DNA from: Pannonibacter sp.
Lineage (GTDB): Bacteria > Pseudomonadota > Alphaproteobacteria > Rhizobiales > Stappiaceae
DNA: 64,000 nucleotides
Assembly: GCF_051860505.1 (NCBI RefSeq)
Contig: NZ_JBHYDX010000020.1
Location: 9,057 to 73,056 of the forward strand
Direction: 5' to 3'
Below the pieces are notes generated by a model that was not told the origin of the DNA, did not search any database, and worked only from the letters and a program-made list of their open reading frames with translations. The translations under genes were made by a program, and so were the position numbers. Positions within the stretch are counted from its first letter, which is position 1. Each line of letters starts with the position of its first letter. Positions 9,877 through 21,286 of this stretch are shown here, piece after piece.

Positions 9877-10268
9877 TCACGACCGGAAAAACACAAGCGG
9901 ATACGGGGCTCCTGGCTCGAACTGTCGCGCCCCCGTCATGAAACACGCACCTATCAGGCTCAATACAAGTACCTATGAATGCTGTTGCTGGTCCTTGCGC
10001 AAAACTGCCGTCGCTGACGGGAAATTGAGCTTCGCCGTTCCTCGGCCGGACATTTCCCAATGGGGCCGGCGCAAGGTTCGGGGACCGATTCAGGGGTTCT
10101 GCGCCACGGCGCGTGATGGCTGTTGCTGACACAAAGGCACTGTTGGCAAACCCGGCGCGGCCAAGCCTGTTCCATCTCGTCGCGTCCGGGCAACAAGGGA
10201 CGCAAGACCGGCTTGCCTTTCGTGCTGGAATTGCTCGTCAAGCGCGCGCACCGGACGGCGCACTGTTG

Positions 10269-11147
10269 TCAGGCCGTAACGAGTTTCAGCAGCGCTTGTC
10301 CGACGTCGGTCGCCGGATCGCAGAGGTCGAAAACGATATCGAAGTGATTGCGGTCACGGGCCCTGATCTCCGGCATGCCAAGCGCATCGGCATAGGCCCG
10401 GGTCTGGCGGTGAAAGCCCGGTGTCTCGTGTTCGGCGACGGCAATGACGGACCGCGGCGCGCCGGACAGATGGCGCAGCGGGCTCAGCATCTCGACCTCC
10501 TCCGGCGTCAGCTGCATCCAGTCCTGGACATGGCTGCCGGCAATCGGGGCCAGCTCGAACAGCCCGCTGAGGGGAAGTGCTGCCTTCAACACCTGTCCGG
10601 GCAGACCGAAGTCCTTTTGCCAGCCGGACATCATCAGCGTTCCGGCCAGATGCCCGCCGGCGGAACTGCCGGTGACCACGATGCGGTTGCGATCAATGCC
10701 GAGGGCGGCCGCCTCGCGCCAGAGATAGGCAAGGGCCGTCCGCATCTGACGGGTGATTTCGGTCAGGCTTGCGCCGGGCGCAAGCGTGTAGTCCGGAACT
10801 GCCGATGCGATGCCGAGATCGGCGAGCATCGGGGCCATGAAAGCGGAATGCTCCTTCGACAGGGCGCGCCAGTAGCCGCCATGTATGAACAGCACCAGCG
10901 GCCGCAGTTCGCCCTGGCGTGTGCCGAAGAGGTCGAGCTTCTCCCGGCTCACCGGGTCATAGACGAGATCCAGTTTCGCGCCGGCCATCGATCTGGCCGG
11001 AAGGGACCGGGAGGTATATTGGCCGATGATCGCCGTGAAGACATCCGGGGCGACACAGTCGCGCGCGGTGTAGTCGGCATCCAGCCGGTCGCGCGGCCAG
11101 TTGCCTTCGGCGATCAGCGAGGCTGGAGTGGCGGGCAGGTCGGACAT
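10269..11147 (-). CDS. alpha/beta hydrolase, AFMID/Bna7-type arylformamidase (kynurenine formamidase)-like
   Basis: HGGYW oxyanion motif (LFIHGGYWRALSKEHSAFMA) and nucleophile elbow GSSAGGHLA. The ORF-track start at 11192 is TTG. I prefer the ATG at 11147 (MSDLPAT), which has an AAGGAA RBS. Confidence 0.7.
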   Translation of the reverse strand: MSDLPATPASLIAEGNWPRDRLDADYTARDCVAPDVFTAIIGQYTSRSLPARSMAGAKLDLVYDPVSREKLDLFGTRQGELRPLVLFIHGGYWRALSKEHSAFMAPMLADLGIASAVPDYTLAPGASLTEITRQMRTALAYLWREAAALGIDRNRIVVTGSSAGGHLAGTLMMSGWQKDFGLPGQVLKAALPLSGLFELAPIAGSHVQDWMQLTPEEVEMLSPLRHLSGAPRSVIAVAEHETPGFHRQTRAYADALGMPEIRARDRNHFDIVFDLCDPATDVGQALLKLVTA

Positions 11148-11195
11148 GTCGGCTTTCCTTTCGGCCGGATTGCCTTCGAAGGGATCCGGCAAGGG

Positions 11196-12014
11196 TCACA
11201 GCACAAGGGCGCCGGCGCGGTTCTCGATCAGGCGGACCAGCGACAGGGCGGTCATTTCGGAGGACTTGGGATTGGTCGCCAGGGGGCGATTGGTGAGGGT
11301 GAGGTCCATCTCGCCAAAGGCTCCGCTGGCGCGGATGCGATGAATGTTGCAGGCCGCCCCCGGATCAGCAACCAGCGCCACCTCGGTGCGGTCCAACCCG
11401 ATGCCGGCAAGAGCCGAAATGACGGCAACATTGGCGTTCTGAGGATAGGCGGCGGCGGCCTGCCGGGCTGTCCCCTCGAAAAAGACATGCGCCTTTGCCA
11501 GCGCAGCCAGGTTACAGGCGTTTTCAGCCGGCGTGCCACGCCAGGCGGCCGGCGGCTTGATGATATCATGACGGACGCTGGCAAGGTCGAGCCTCGAGGC
11601 CGCTGCCAGCGCATCAATGCCGCCGAGCGCACCCGGCGGGACAAGTAGCTGGGCGCGGTTGCCACGAGCCAGTTGCAGGAACTCCTCCAGCAGGTCGCCG
11701 CTGGCAAAGGCTGAGGTGGACGACACGGCAAAATCGATGCTGGCGGACAGAGCGGCACGGCCCCAGGGGGCAACGCTGTCGCGTCCGGCAGCTTCGACTA
11801 CAAGGCGCGGACGCTCCCCTGCCCCGTCCGTCAGCTCGTCGGGAGACGTTACATGCCGGCAACCGGAAGGCAGATCCTGCAGTTCGGCGTCCGCGTCCCG
11901 GGTGGCAACGGCAATGAGCCGGACGGGAGAGCCCCGTTCGGCCAGAAGCCCACCCACACGCCGGGCAATCGCACCCCAGCCAACGAGCACAACGGGAAGG
12001 TCAGAGCCCGACAT
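11196..12014 (-). CDS. aspartate dehydrogenase (NadX) family NAD(P)-dependent dehydrogenase
   Basis: N-terminal Rossmann motif VVLVGWGAIARRV. The C-terminal part is typical of NadX (AAAYPQNANVAVISALAGIG...HRIRASGAFGEMDLTLTNRPLATNPKSSEMTALSLVRLIENR). The start at 12014 overlaps the livF stop by 14 nt. Confidence 0.75.
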   Translation of the reverse strand: MSGSDLPVVLVGWGAIARRVGGLLAERGSPVRLIAVATRDADAELQDLPSGCRHVTSPDELTDGAGERPRLVVEAAGRDSVAPWGRAALSASIDFAVSSTSAFASGDLLEEFLQLARGNRAQLLVPPGALGGIDALAAASRLDLASVRHDIIKPPAAWRGTPAENACNLAALAKAHVFFEGTARQAAAAYPQNANVAVISALAGIGLDRTEVALVADPGAACNIHRIRASGAFGEMDLTLTNRPLATNPKSSEMTALSLVRLIENRAGALVL

Positions 12015-12702
12015 AGGCCTGCACCCGTTCGGCATCCCGATCCATGTCAGCGCCGGAGCCAATCCAGACCGTGCGGCCCTTTTCGACGATATAATGACGG
12101 TCCGCGAGGCGTTTCAGCACCGAGAGGTTCTTGTCGATCAGCAGGATCGACTGTCCGTCCTGCTTCAGATGCTCGATGCAGTGCCAGATCTCGGTCCGGA
12201 TGACAGGGGCAAGCCCTTCGGTCGCCTCATCCAGGATCAGCAGGCGCGGGTTGGTCATCAGGGCGCGGCCGACGGCCAGCATCTGCTGTTCGCCGCCGGA
12301 CAAGGTGCCGGCGACCTGCTCCGACCGCTCCTTGAGGCGGGGAAACAGCGTATAGACCCGTTCCAGCGTCCAGGGATCGGACCGTTTCAGCCGGTTGGAA
12401 GCTGTGGCGACCAGGTTTTCGCGCACCTTGAGTGTCGAGAAGATCTGCCGGCCTTCCGGCACGAGACCGGCTCCAAGACGGGCAATGCGTTCGGGGGCAA
12501 GGCCGGCGGTGGCCACGCCCTCGAACTGGATGGCACCGCCCCGCGGGTTCAGCAACCCCATGATGCAACGGACCGTGGTGGTCTTGCCCATGCCATTGCG
12601 GCCCATCAAGGTCACGACCTCGCCATCCCGGATCTCGAGATTGACGTCGAACAGCACCTGGCTCTCGCCATAGGCGGCCTGAAGATTGGCGACACTCAGC
12701 AC
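12001..12702 (-). CDS. livF: branched-chain amino acid-type ABC transporter ATP-binding protein (LivF-like)
   Basis: 233 aa. GRNGMGKTT Walker A, LSGGEQQML signature, LLILDEATEGL. Confidence 0.85.
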   Translation of the reverse strand: MLSVANLQAAYGESQVLFDVNLEIRDGEVVTLMGRNGMGKTTTVRCIMGLLNPRGGAIQFEGVATAGLAPERIARLGAGLVPEGRQIFSTLKVRENLVATASNRLKRSDPWTLERVYTLFPRLKERSEQVAGTLSGGEQQMLAVGRALMTNPRLLILDEATEGLAPVIRTEIWHCIEHLKQDGQSILLIDKNLSVLKRLADRHYIVEKGRTVWIGSGADMDRDAERVQAYVGL

Positions 12703-13451
12703 AATTCGTCCTCCGCCCCGAGATAGGCCTCGCGTACGGCCGGGTTGTTGCGAATCTCGTCCACGGTACCGCTGGCAATGATGCGGCCATAGACGAGCAC
12801 GGAGATGCGATCAGCGAGCGCGAAGACAGCCTCCATGTCATGCTCGACCAGCAGCATGGCCGCGCTCTTGCGGGTCTCACCCAGCATCGCGATCATCGCC
12901 TGGCTTTCGACATGGCCAAGCCCGGCCATCGGCTCGTCGAGGAGCAGGAGCCGTGGCTTCATGGCAAGGGCCACGACCAGCTCCAGTTGTTTCTTCTCGC
13001 CATGGGAGAGATCGGCAACCCGGATGTCGGCGCGGTCCGCGAGGCCGCTGGAGGCCACAAATCGGCGTGCATCGTCCCAGACTGCCCGGCGGCCGCGCGC
13101 CAGATCGTAGATCCGGAAGTTATGACCCTCGCGGACCTGGATCGCCATGCCCACGTTCTCGATCACGGTCAGTTCATCGAGCAGGCTGGTGATCTGGAAC
13201 GTGCGACCGAGGCCGAGTGCGACCCGATCCGGCGTCTTCAGGCGGGTGATGTCGCGGCCCGCCAGATGGATCGTACCTGCATCCGAGACCAGTTCGCCGC
13301 AGAGCTGGTTGATCAGGGTCGACTTGCCAGCCCCGTTCGGACCGATGAGGGCGTGGATTTCGCCCTCATGGACGTCGAGGCTGACGTTGTCGGTGGCAAT
13401 CAGGCCGCCGAAAGTCTTTACCAGCCCCTCAATGGACAGGATGACGCTCAT
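12696..13451 (-). CDS. livG: branched-chain amino acid-type ABC transporter ATP-binding protein (LivG-like)
   Basis: 251 aa. GPNGAGKST, LSHGEKKQLE, LLLLDEPMAGL. It overlaps both neighbouring genes. Confidence 0.85.
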   Translation of the reverse strand: MSVILSIEGLVKTFGGLIATDNVSLDVHEGEIHALIGPNGAGKSTLINQLCGELVSDAGTIHLAGRDITRLKTPDRVALGLGRTFQITSLLDELTVIENVGMAIQVREGHNFRIYDLARGRRAVWDDARRFVASSGLADRADIRVADLSHGEKKQLELVVALAMKPRLLLLDEPMAGLGHVESQAMIAMLGETRKSAAMLLVEHDMEAVFALADRISVLVYGRIIASGTVDEIRNNPAVREAYLGAEDELC

Positions 13452-14434
13452 TTGACACCTCCCCGAACAAGCGCGGTGACGCGCTGAAGCAGCGCAGCAA
13501 GACCGCCCCGGGTGCCAAGCACGACGACAAGCAGAATGAGACCCAGGGCGAAGGGCCAGTGCTCGGACCAGGCCGCGAGGAATGTTTCGAGGATCAGGAA
13601 CGCAGCAGCCCCCAGGAATGGCCCGAACAACGTTCCAACGCCGCCGAGGATCACCATGATCATCAGTTCACCCGACTTGGTCCAGTGCATCATGTCCGGC
13701 GAAGCAAAGCGCAGGAAGTTGGCCATCAGGGCTCCGGCAAGCCCTGCCCCCATGCCCGACAGCACAAAGGCATAGAGCTTGTAGCGATAGGCCGGGATGC
13801 CGAGGGCCGCCATGCGGCGCTCATTCTGGCGGATGCCTGAAATGACCGTGCCAAAGCTCGATTGGGTCAGGCGGCGCAAGCCATAGAAGAACAGAACCGA
13901 GATCGCGAGGACGACATAGTAGAACGTCGCCTTGTCGCGCATGTTGAGGCCAGGCAGTGCATTGGTGCGCCGGATGATGATGCCATCCTCACCGCCATAG
14001 GCCTTGAGCGAGACGAACAGGAAGAACAACATCTGGGCAAAGGCCAGCGTGATCATGATGAACTGCACGCCGCCGGTACGCAGGGAGAGCGCGCCGATCG
14101 CTGCGGCGAAGAGGCCAGCGACCAGCACGGCCAGCGGCAGTGTCAGAAGCATCTGGTCGGTGCCGGGGATAAAACCGAACAGGGGTTCCCCACTGGCATG
14201 GTGCGTTGCCAGGATGCCGACCACATAGGCTCCGATGCCGAAGAAGGCCGCATGACCGAAACTGACCATCCCGCCATAGCCGAGGATGAAGTTGAGGCTT
14301 GCCGCAGCCATGCCGTAGATCAGGATGCGGGTGGCCAGCGCCAGAAGCGAGGCTTCGCCCAGCTCCTGCGTGACTGTGGGCAGGGCGGCGAGAGCGAGAA
14401 TGAGTATGAGTGCCAGGATCCGGTTGCGCATCAC
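13448..14434 (-). CDS. livM: branched-chain amino acid-type ABC transporter permease (LivM-like)
   Basis: 328 aa, polytopic. GYGGMVSFGHAAFFGIGAY motif. 4-nt overlaps with both neighbours. Confidence 0.85.
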   Translation of the reverse strand: MMRNRILALILILALAALPTVTQELGEASLLALATRILIYGMAAASLNFILGYGGMVSFGHAAFFGIGAYVVGILATHHASGEPLFGFIPGTDQMLLTLPLAVLVAGLFAAAIGALSLRTGGVQFIMITLAFAQMLFFLFVSLKAYGGEDGIIIRRTNALPGLNMRDKATFYYVVLAISVLFFYGLRRLTQSSFGTVISGIRQNERRMAALGIPAYRYKLYAFVLSGMGAGLAGALMANFLRFASPDMMHWTKSGELMIMVILGGVGTLFGPFLGAAAFLILETFLAAWSEHWPFALGLILLVVVLGTRGGLAALLQRVTALVRGGVK

Positions 14435-15345
14435 GACCCCGCTGCGAACAGGCCCTTGGGCCGGATGAGAAGGACGAGTGCCATCAGCAGGTAGATTCCC
14501 ATGGAGGAAATCCCGACCCCGAGCGCATCAGCTTCCGAGGCTGGCATGACGGTGCGCAGCATGCCGGGCAGGAAGGCGCGCAGGCAGGTGTCGATGACGC
14601 CAAGGCCGATACCGGCGACAAAGGCGCCGCGGATCGATCCGACGCCGCCGATGACAACGACGACAAATGTCGCCAACAGGATCTGTTCGCCCATGCCGAC
14701 CTGAACCGCCAGGATCGGACCGGCCATGTAACCGGCAAGACCGGCCAGCAGCGCGCCGAGGCCAAACACCACCGTGTAGAGCATGCGAATGTCAACGCCG
14801 AGGGCCCGGACCATGTCGCGATTGGTCGATCCGGCACGCACCAGCATGCCGATCCGCGTCCGGTTGATCAGGAAATAGAGCCCCACCGCAACCAGAAGCC
14901 CGGCGCCAATGATCAGCAGCCGATATGGCGGGTAGTACAGCCCGGGCAAGATCTCGACGGAGCCCTCGAAGGCCGCCGGCAACAGCGTGAACACCGGCGA
15001 GCGCCCGAACAGCATGACAATCAGCTGGTTGAACATCAGGATCAGGGCGAAGGTCGCCAGAACCTGATCGAGATGGTCGCGCTGATACAGCTTGCGGATC
15101 ACCAATGCCTCGATGGCAAGGCCCGTCAAGGCCGCTGCCCCCAGGGCTGCCGGAAGACCGAGCCAGAAGCTGCCCGTTTCAGCGGCAACAAAAGTGCCAG
15201 CATAGGCGCCGACCATATAGAGCGAGCCATGCGCAAGGTTGATCACGCCCATGATGCCGAAGATCAGGGTCAACCCGGCCGCCAGCAGGAACAGCATGAC
15301 GCCGTACTGGAGGCCATTCAGGAGTTGTTCGAGTACGAGGATCAT
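14431..15345 (-). CDS. livH: branched-chain amino acid-type ABC transporter permease (LivH-like)
   Basis: Start moved to the ATG at 15345 (MILVLEQLLNGLQYGVMLFLLAAGLTLIFG, a canonical LivH N-terminus). The ORF-track start is 15459. Confidence 0.85.
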   Translation of the reverse strand: MILVLEQLLNGLQYGVMLFLLAAGLTLIFGIMGVINLAHGSLYMVGAYAGTFVAAETGSFWLGLPAALGAAALTGLAIEALVIRKLYQRDHLDQVLATFALILMFNQLIVMLFGRSPVFTLLPAAFEGSVEILPGLYYPPYRLLIIGAGLLVAVGLYFLINRTRIGMLVRAGSTNRDMVRALGVDIRMLYTVVFGLGALLAGLAGYMAGPILAVQVGMGEQILLATFVVVVIGGVGSIRGAFVAGIGLGVIDTCLRAFLPGMLRTVMPASEADALGVGISSMGIYLLMALVLLIRPKGLFAAGS

Positions 15346-15538
15346 CCGCCCGCCCGATGATTGGAGTGCCAAAGCCTGCGCAGGCCGACTTGCGGTATCA
15401 CCGCATAGCCGGGCCGAAGCCCTCAGCGCGCCTTGTCGGCGACGCCCGGGGACACTCACGCGCCCTGCAGCGTAAAGGTGACGTCACGCCGACCACATCG
15501 ACGCGGCAACCTGCGCTGCCGCGTCGACACTTGTCAGC

Positions 15539-16705
15539 TTACATCTTGCACTGATCGGCGTAGGCATCGCCATAGTCTTCAAGGAGCTTGTCCTTGGTGA
15601 CGGCGACCGGCTTGCCATCGGGGCCTGCGACGATATCGAGCAGGTACCAGTCATGCACCGGATGCTGGTTGTTGCCGAACTTGAAGTCACCGCGAACACT
15701 CTTGAAGTCAGCGGCGCGAACGGCTTCGCGGAATTTGTCGAGATCGTCGACGCCGCCGGTCTTGGCCAGCGCAGAGGCAATCAGCTTCGCGGTGTCATAG
15801 CCCTGCGATGCGTAATAGGTGATCGGACGTCCGTATTTCTTGTCCCAGGCGTTCACGAACTCGAGGTTCGCGTCGTTCTCGAAATCACGGTTCCAGTGCG
15901 CGGTGGCAAAGATGCCGACAGCGCCCTCGCCGACTGCATTCAGAACAACCGCGTCAGTCGACGGCTCGGACAGGACCATCGGGATCTGCCCCGTCAGACC
16001 CGCCTGGGCATACTGCTTCAGGAACGCGATGCCGAGGCCGCCCGGGTGGAACTGGAACACGACTTCCGGATCAGCCGCACGGATCTGCGCCATTTCGGAG
16101 GCAAAGTCGGTCTGGTCGAGTTGGGTGTAGATCTCGCCGACGATGTCACCGCCAAAGGTGCGCTTGAAGCCGTTGATGGCATCCTTGCCGGCCTGGTAGT
16201 TCGGGGCGAGCACGAAGGCCTTGTTGAAGCCGAGCTTCTTGGCGGCAGCGCCAGCGGCTTCATGCAGCGCGTCGTTCTGCCAGGACACTACGAAATAGTT
16301 CGGATGGCACTCTGCGCCAGCCAAGTTCGAAGGACCCGCGTTCGGGGAGATGTAGATGGCATCGTTGTTGACGATGTCCGGCACGGTGGCGCCAGCAACA
16401 TTCGAGAACACGATGCCGGTCAGAAGCTTCATGCCGTCATCGCCCATGAACTTCTCGGCGATCTGGCGACCATTGCCCGGCTTCAGGCCATCGTCCTCGA
16501 CGACCAGCTCGACGGGCACGCCACCCAGCTTGCCGCCTTCCATCTCGATGGCGAGCAGCATGCCGTCGCGGATGTCCTGACCCAGATAGCCGGCCGGGCC
16601 GGACAGGGTCGTGATCATGCCAATTTTCAGCGGGTCCTGCGCCATGGCAGTTCCGCTCATCAGCGCAGCGATGCCCGCTGCGGCCAGAATCAGTTTCTTT
16701 CTCAT
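15539..16705 (-). CDS. ABC transporter substrate-binding protein, LivJ/Peripla_BP_6 family
   Basis: Start at 16705 gives the signal peptide MRKKLILAAAGIAALMSGTAMA, preceded by a GAGGG RBS. Typical motif KIGMITTLSGPAGYLGQD. Confidence 0.85.
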   Translation of the reverse strand: MRKKLILAAAGIAALMSGTAMAQDPLKIGMITTLSGPAGYLGQDIRDGMLLAIEMEGGKLGGVPVELVVEDDGLKPGNGRQIAEKFMGDDGMKLLTGIVFSNVAGATVPDIVNNDAIYISPNAGPSNLAGAECHPNYFVVSWQNDALHEAAGAAAKKLGFNKAFVLAPNYQAGKDAINGFKRTFGGDIVGEIYTQLDQTDFASEMAQIRAADPEVVFQFHPGGLGIAFLKQYAQAGLTGQIPMVLSEPSTDAVVLNAVGEGAVGIFATAHWNRDFENDANLEFVNAWDKKYGRPITYYASQGYDTAKLIASALAKTGGVDDLDKFREAVRAADFKSVRGDFKFGNNQHPVHDWYLLDIVAGPDGKPVAVTKDKLLEDYGDAYADQCKM

Positions 16706-16834
16706 GTCTTCACCCTCTGTTTTTTTGCCTTCCGGCATCAGCCAGATACCGGCGTTATCCGCCGGCTCCAGTCTTGATCTTGTTGTCAGGCCTCAGCTTG
16801 CAATGGGCAGCTGAATATTTCAAGCCTAAAACAA

Positions 16835-18359
<1,525 letters not shown>

Positions 18360-18421
18360 GTCAGCAACCTCATGCAGGACCGGTGCCGGTCGAAAGGGGT
18401 CGGGGCAGCCAGCGGGGCCGG

Positions 18422-19855
18422 TCAGATTTCCATGCGATGCGAGACGGTCTTGACGACCGTGTAATGCAGGATGCCTTCCGCCCCGCCCTCGCGGCCAAAG
18501 CCGCTTTCCTTGACGCCGCCGAAGGGCGTCGCGGCAACCGAGGCTTCCAGGGTGTTGATCGAGACATTGCCGGCCTCGATCTCGTCGGTGATGCGGTCGA
18601 CATTGGCGGCGGAATTGGTGAAGGCATAGGCGGCGAGGCCATAGGGCACGCCGTTGGCGCGCTTGATCGCCTCGTCCAGCGACGCCACCGGATTGATGAT
18701 GGCGAGCGGGCCGAAGGGCTCCTCCTGCATCACCCGGGCGTTGTCCGGAACTTCCGACAGGACGGTGACCGGGTAGAAGTAGCCGGGCGTGTTCGGGCGC
18801 TGGCCGCCGGTCAGCAGCTTGGCGCCCTTGGCGACGGCATCTGCCACCAGCATCTCCATAGCTTCAACGCGGCGGTGGTTGGCGGTCGGGCCCATTTCGG
18901 TCTCGGGGTTGAGGCCGTTGCCCATCTTCACGGCCTTTGCGCGCTCGACAAAGGCATCGCGATAGGCGGTAAATATCTTTTCATGGACAAAGAAACGAGT
19001 TGGCGAGGTGCAGACCTGGCCGGCATTGCGCGCCTTGCGGATGGCGGAGGTGATGCCGGCCTTCACCGGATCCGCATCATCGCAGATGATCACCGGAGCA
19101 TGTCCGCCCAGCTCCATCAGCACGGGCTTGGCATAACGAGCAGCGATACCGGTCAGGTGCTTGCCGACCACGGTCGAGCCGGTGAAGGCGACGAGCCGGA
19201 CCTGCGGCTGCGGGATCAGATAGTCCGAGATCGTTGCCGGCACGCCGAAGATCAGATTGAGAACACCGGCGGGCAGCCCGGCGTCATGGAAGGCGCGGGC
19301 GATGTGCCAGGCGCCCGCCGGGGTCTCCTCGGCGGCCTTCAGGATGATGGAGCATCCGGCGGCAAGCGCGCCGGCGACCTTGCGGGCCGGCTGGCTGAGC
19401 GGGAAGTTCCAGGGCGAGAAGGCCGCCACCGTGCCGATCGGCTGGTGATGCACCATGTAGCGGATGCCCGGCTCGCTGGGGATGATGCGGCCATAGAGAC
19501 GCTCGGCTTCACCGGCGTCCCATTCGAAGAACTCGGCGCCGCGGATCACTTCAAGGCGGGCCTGCTGCAGCGTCTTGCCGTGCTCGCGGGTAATGTCCGG
19601 GGCGATGTCCTCGATCCGCTCGCGCAGGAGGCTTGCCGCCTTGCGGATGATCTCGGCCCGGCGCATCGGCGCGGTCCGGCGCCAGATCTCGAAACCACGT
19701 GCCGCCGCCTCGAGGGCATCGTCGAGGTCAGAGGTCGCAGCGACAGGCAGCTTGCCAATCTCGGTCTCGTCGGCCGGATTGATCACCGGCAGGTGGTCCG
19801 CCGTCTTGCGCCAAGCGCCGCCGATGTAAAGCTGGAGATCGGGATAGTCGCGCAT
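18422..19855 (-). CDS. NAD(P)-dependent aldehyde dehydrogenase
   Basis: Start moved to the ATG at 19855 (MRDYPDLQLYIGGAWRK), which has a GAGGAA RBS. ALDH motifs are FTGSTVVGK, ELGGHAP and NAGQVCTSPTRF (catalytic Cys). Confidence 0.85.
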   Translation of the reverse strand: MRDYPDLQLYIGGAWRKTADHLPVINPADETEIGKLPVAATSDLDDALEAAARGFEIWRRTAPMRRAEIIRKAASLLRERIEDIAPDITREHGKTLQQARLEVIRGAEFFEWDAGEAERLYGRIIPSEPGIRYMVHHQPIGTVAAFSPWNFPLSQPARKVAGALAAGCSIILKAAEETPAGAWHIARAFHDAGLPAGVLNLIFGVPATISDYLIPQPQVRLVAFTGSTVVGKHLTGIAARYAKPVLMELGGHAPVIICDDADPVKAGITSAIRKARNAGQVCTSPTRFFVHEKIFTAYRDAFVERAKAVKMGNGLNPETEMGPTANHRRVEAMEMLVADAVAKGAKLLTGGQRPNTPGYFYPVTVLSEVPDNARVMQEEPFGPLAIINPVASLDEAIKRANGVPYGLAAYAFTNSAANVDRITDEIEAGNVSINTLEASVAATPFGGVKESGFGREGGAEGILHYTVVKTVSHRMEI

Positions 19856-19948
19856 GTCCGGGCCTCTGTTCCTCAGATTTTGTTGGCCGCCAGGTTGGCT
19901 CACCGCCCTGGCGTGGTGTTGATCGAGAGGATCGGACAAAGATGAATT

Positions 19949-19963
19949 ATCGACAAGGCGGAT
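19949..19963. promoter_or_regulatory. LysR-type T-N11-A box (ATC-N9-GAT) in an AT-rich divergent promoter region
   Basis: ATCGACAAGGCGGAT lies within the unusually AT-rich stretch 19940..20000, which also has repeated TTATCG. It sits between the divergent ALDH operon and the LysR gene. Confidence 0.4.
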
Positions 19964-20023
19964 TTATCGGATAAATTAATATAGATTTCGATATGAATTG
20001 CCCGTCACTTGGGGGCCGATCCG

Positions 20024-20926
20024 ATGAAACTCACGCTCAAGCAGATCCAAGGCTTTCTCGCCGTTGCAGAGGCCGGCAGTTTTTCCATGGCCGCCAAACG
20101 GCTCAACACGGCGCAGCCGGCCCTGTCGCAGGCGATCAAGGACCTTGAGGCCGAGCTGGGCGTGCGCCTGTTTGACCGCACGACGCGCCGGGTCGAGCTG
20201 ACGGATGCCGGACGTGAGTTCCATATAGCCAGCGCCAAGATCATCGATGATCTGGAACATGCGGTGGAAGGGGTGCACATGCTGGCCGAACGGCGGCGCG
20301 GCAAGCTCAGGGTCGCGGCCCCTCCCCTCCTGGCAAGCTACGTGCTGCCGAAGGTGATCGCGGAGTTCCAGGCCGCCTATCCGGGGATCGTCGTCCAGCT
20401 CTCGGATGTGGGCACGGAGCAGATCCTTGATGCCATCCGCACGGCCAAGGCCGACTGCGGCATCGGCACGTTTCCGCCGGCCGATGATGACATCGAACGC
20501 CAGCCGCTGATCCGCGACAGCCTGATGCTGTTCTGCCCGGCGCAGAGTGTGCTTGCCGGACGCGACCGGGTCGCCTGGCGCGAGCTGGCGGACCTGCCGC
20601 TGATCACGTTGACGCGCGAGTCGGGCATCCGTCTGCTGGTCGAGGTCGGGTTTGAAGCCGCACAGACGCCACCGCGCATTGCCTTCGAGGTGACGCAGGT
20701 GACCACTGCACTGGCCTTGGTCGAGGCAGGTCTGGGCGTTGCGGTTCTGCCGACCTATGCCCGCGCCGCAATCCGGCACGAAAGCCTTCGCGCCGTTCCA
20801 CTGGATGAACCGGTGATTGCCCGCGAGGTCATGCTGCTGAAATCCCGTGACCGGCCACCGGGGCCGGCCGCCAATGCCTTCATCGAGCATCTGAGCCGCG
20901 CCTTGCGCCGTTTGGCTGCGGAGTAA
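20024..20926 (+). CDS. LysR family transcriptional regulator
   Basis: MKLTLKQIQGFLAVAEAGSFSMAAKRLNTAQPALSQAIKDLEAELGVRLFDRT is a canonical LysR HTH. Start set at the ATG at 20024; the track start at 20009 is TTG. Confidence 0.9.
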   Translation: MKLTLKQIQGFLAVAEAGSFSMAAKRLNTAQPALSQAIKDLEAELGVRLFDRTTRRVELTDAGREFHIASAKIIDDLEHAVEGVHMLAERRRGKLRVAAPPLLASYVLPKVIAEFQAAYPGIVVQLSDVGTEQILDAIRTAKADCGIGTFPPADDDIERQPLIRDSLMLFCPAQSVLAGRDRVAWRELADLPLITLTRESGIRLLVEVGFEAAQTPPRIAFEVTQVTTALALVEAGLGVAVLPTYARAAIRHESLRAVPLDEPVIAREVMLLKSRDRPPGPAANAFIEHLSRALRRLAAE

Positions 20927-20994
20927 GGGGGGCGCTATGCCTACCTGGGGCGGGCAGTCGCAGTCGCCGCCTGACGGCTTTCGAGGCCTCGAAG

Positions 20995-21158
20995 CCCCCT
21001 CCCCCTCGTGGGGAGGGGTAAGGGGTGGGGGGTGGGGGGCCTCCGGAACTCGCCGCATCATGACGTTTCTGGAGCGCCGATCGCTAAAATTGGAAGTTCT
21101 TCCGCACGTTCAGTCAGTGCCCCCCACCCCCGGCCCCTCCCCACGAGGGGGAGGGGAG
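20995..21158. repeat. GC-rich inverted-repeat element (REP/MITE-like)
   Basis: Left arm CCCCTCCCCCTCGTGGGGAGGGG..GGGGTGGGGGGC (about 20995..21040). Right arm about 21119..21158. The right arm is the near-exact reverse complement of the left. Each arm is itself a hairpin, and they flank about 78 bp. A third degenerate copy (CCCCCTCAAAGGGGCAGAGG) lies near 21250. Confidence 0.65.
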
Positions 21159-21286
21159 CAGAGAGGCTCCGCCAGGATTGCATAAAGGCAGTGCGGTCGG
21201 CCCAGACGGGGCCTGATGCGCCGATTACCCCCTCTGGGCATCTCCCCCCTCAAAGGGGCAGAGGAGCGCCAGGTGTCCGAACCGGA

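Noticed and set aside
9857-10241. 91-aa and 93-aa minus-strand ORFs in the long phnC upstream region.
   Set aside because: No RBS, no recognisable motifs, and they overlap each other in different frames. The region may be a decayed gene or an sRNA locus, but I cannot support a CDS.
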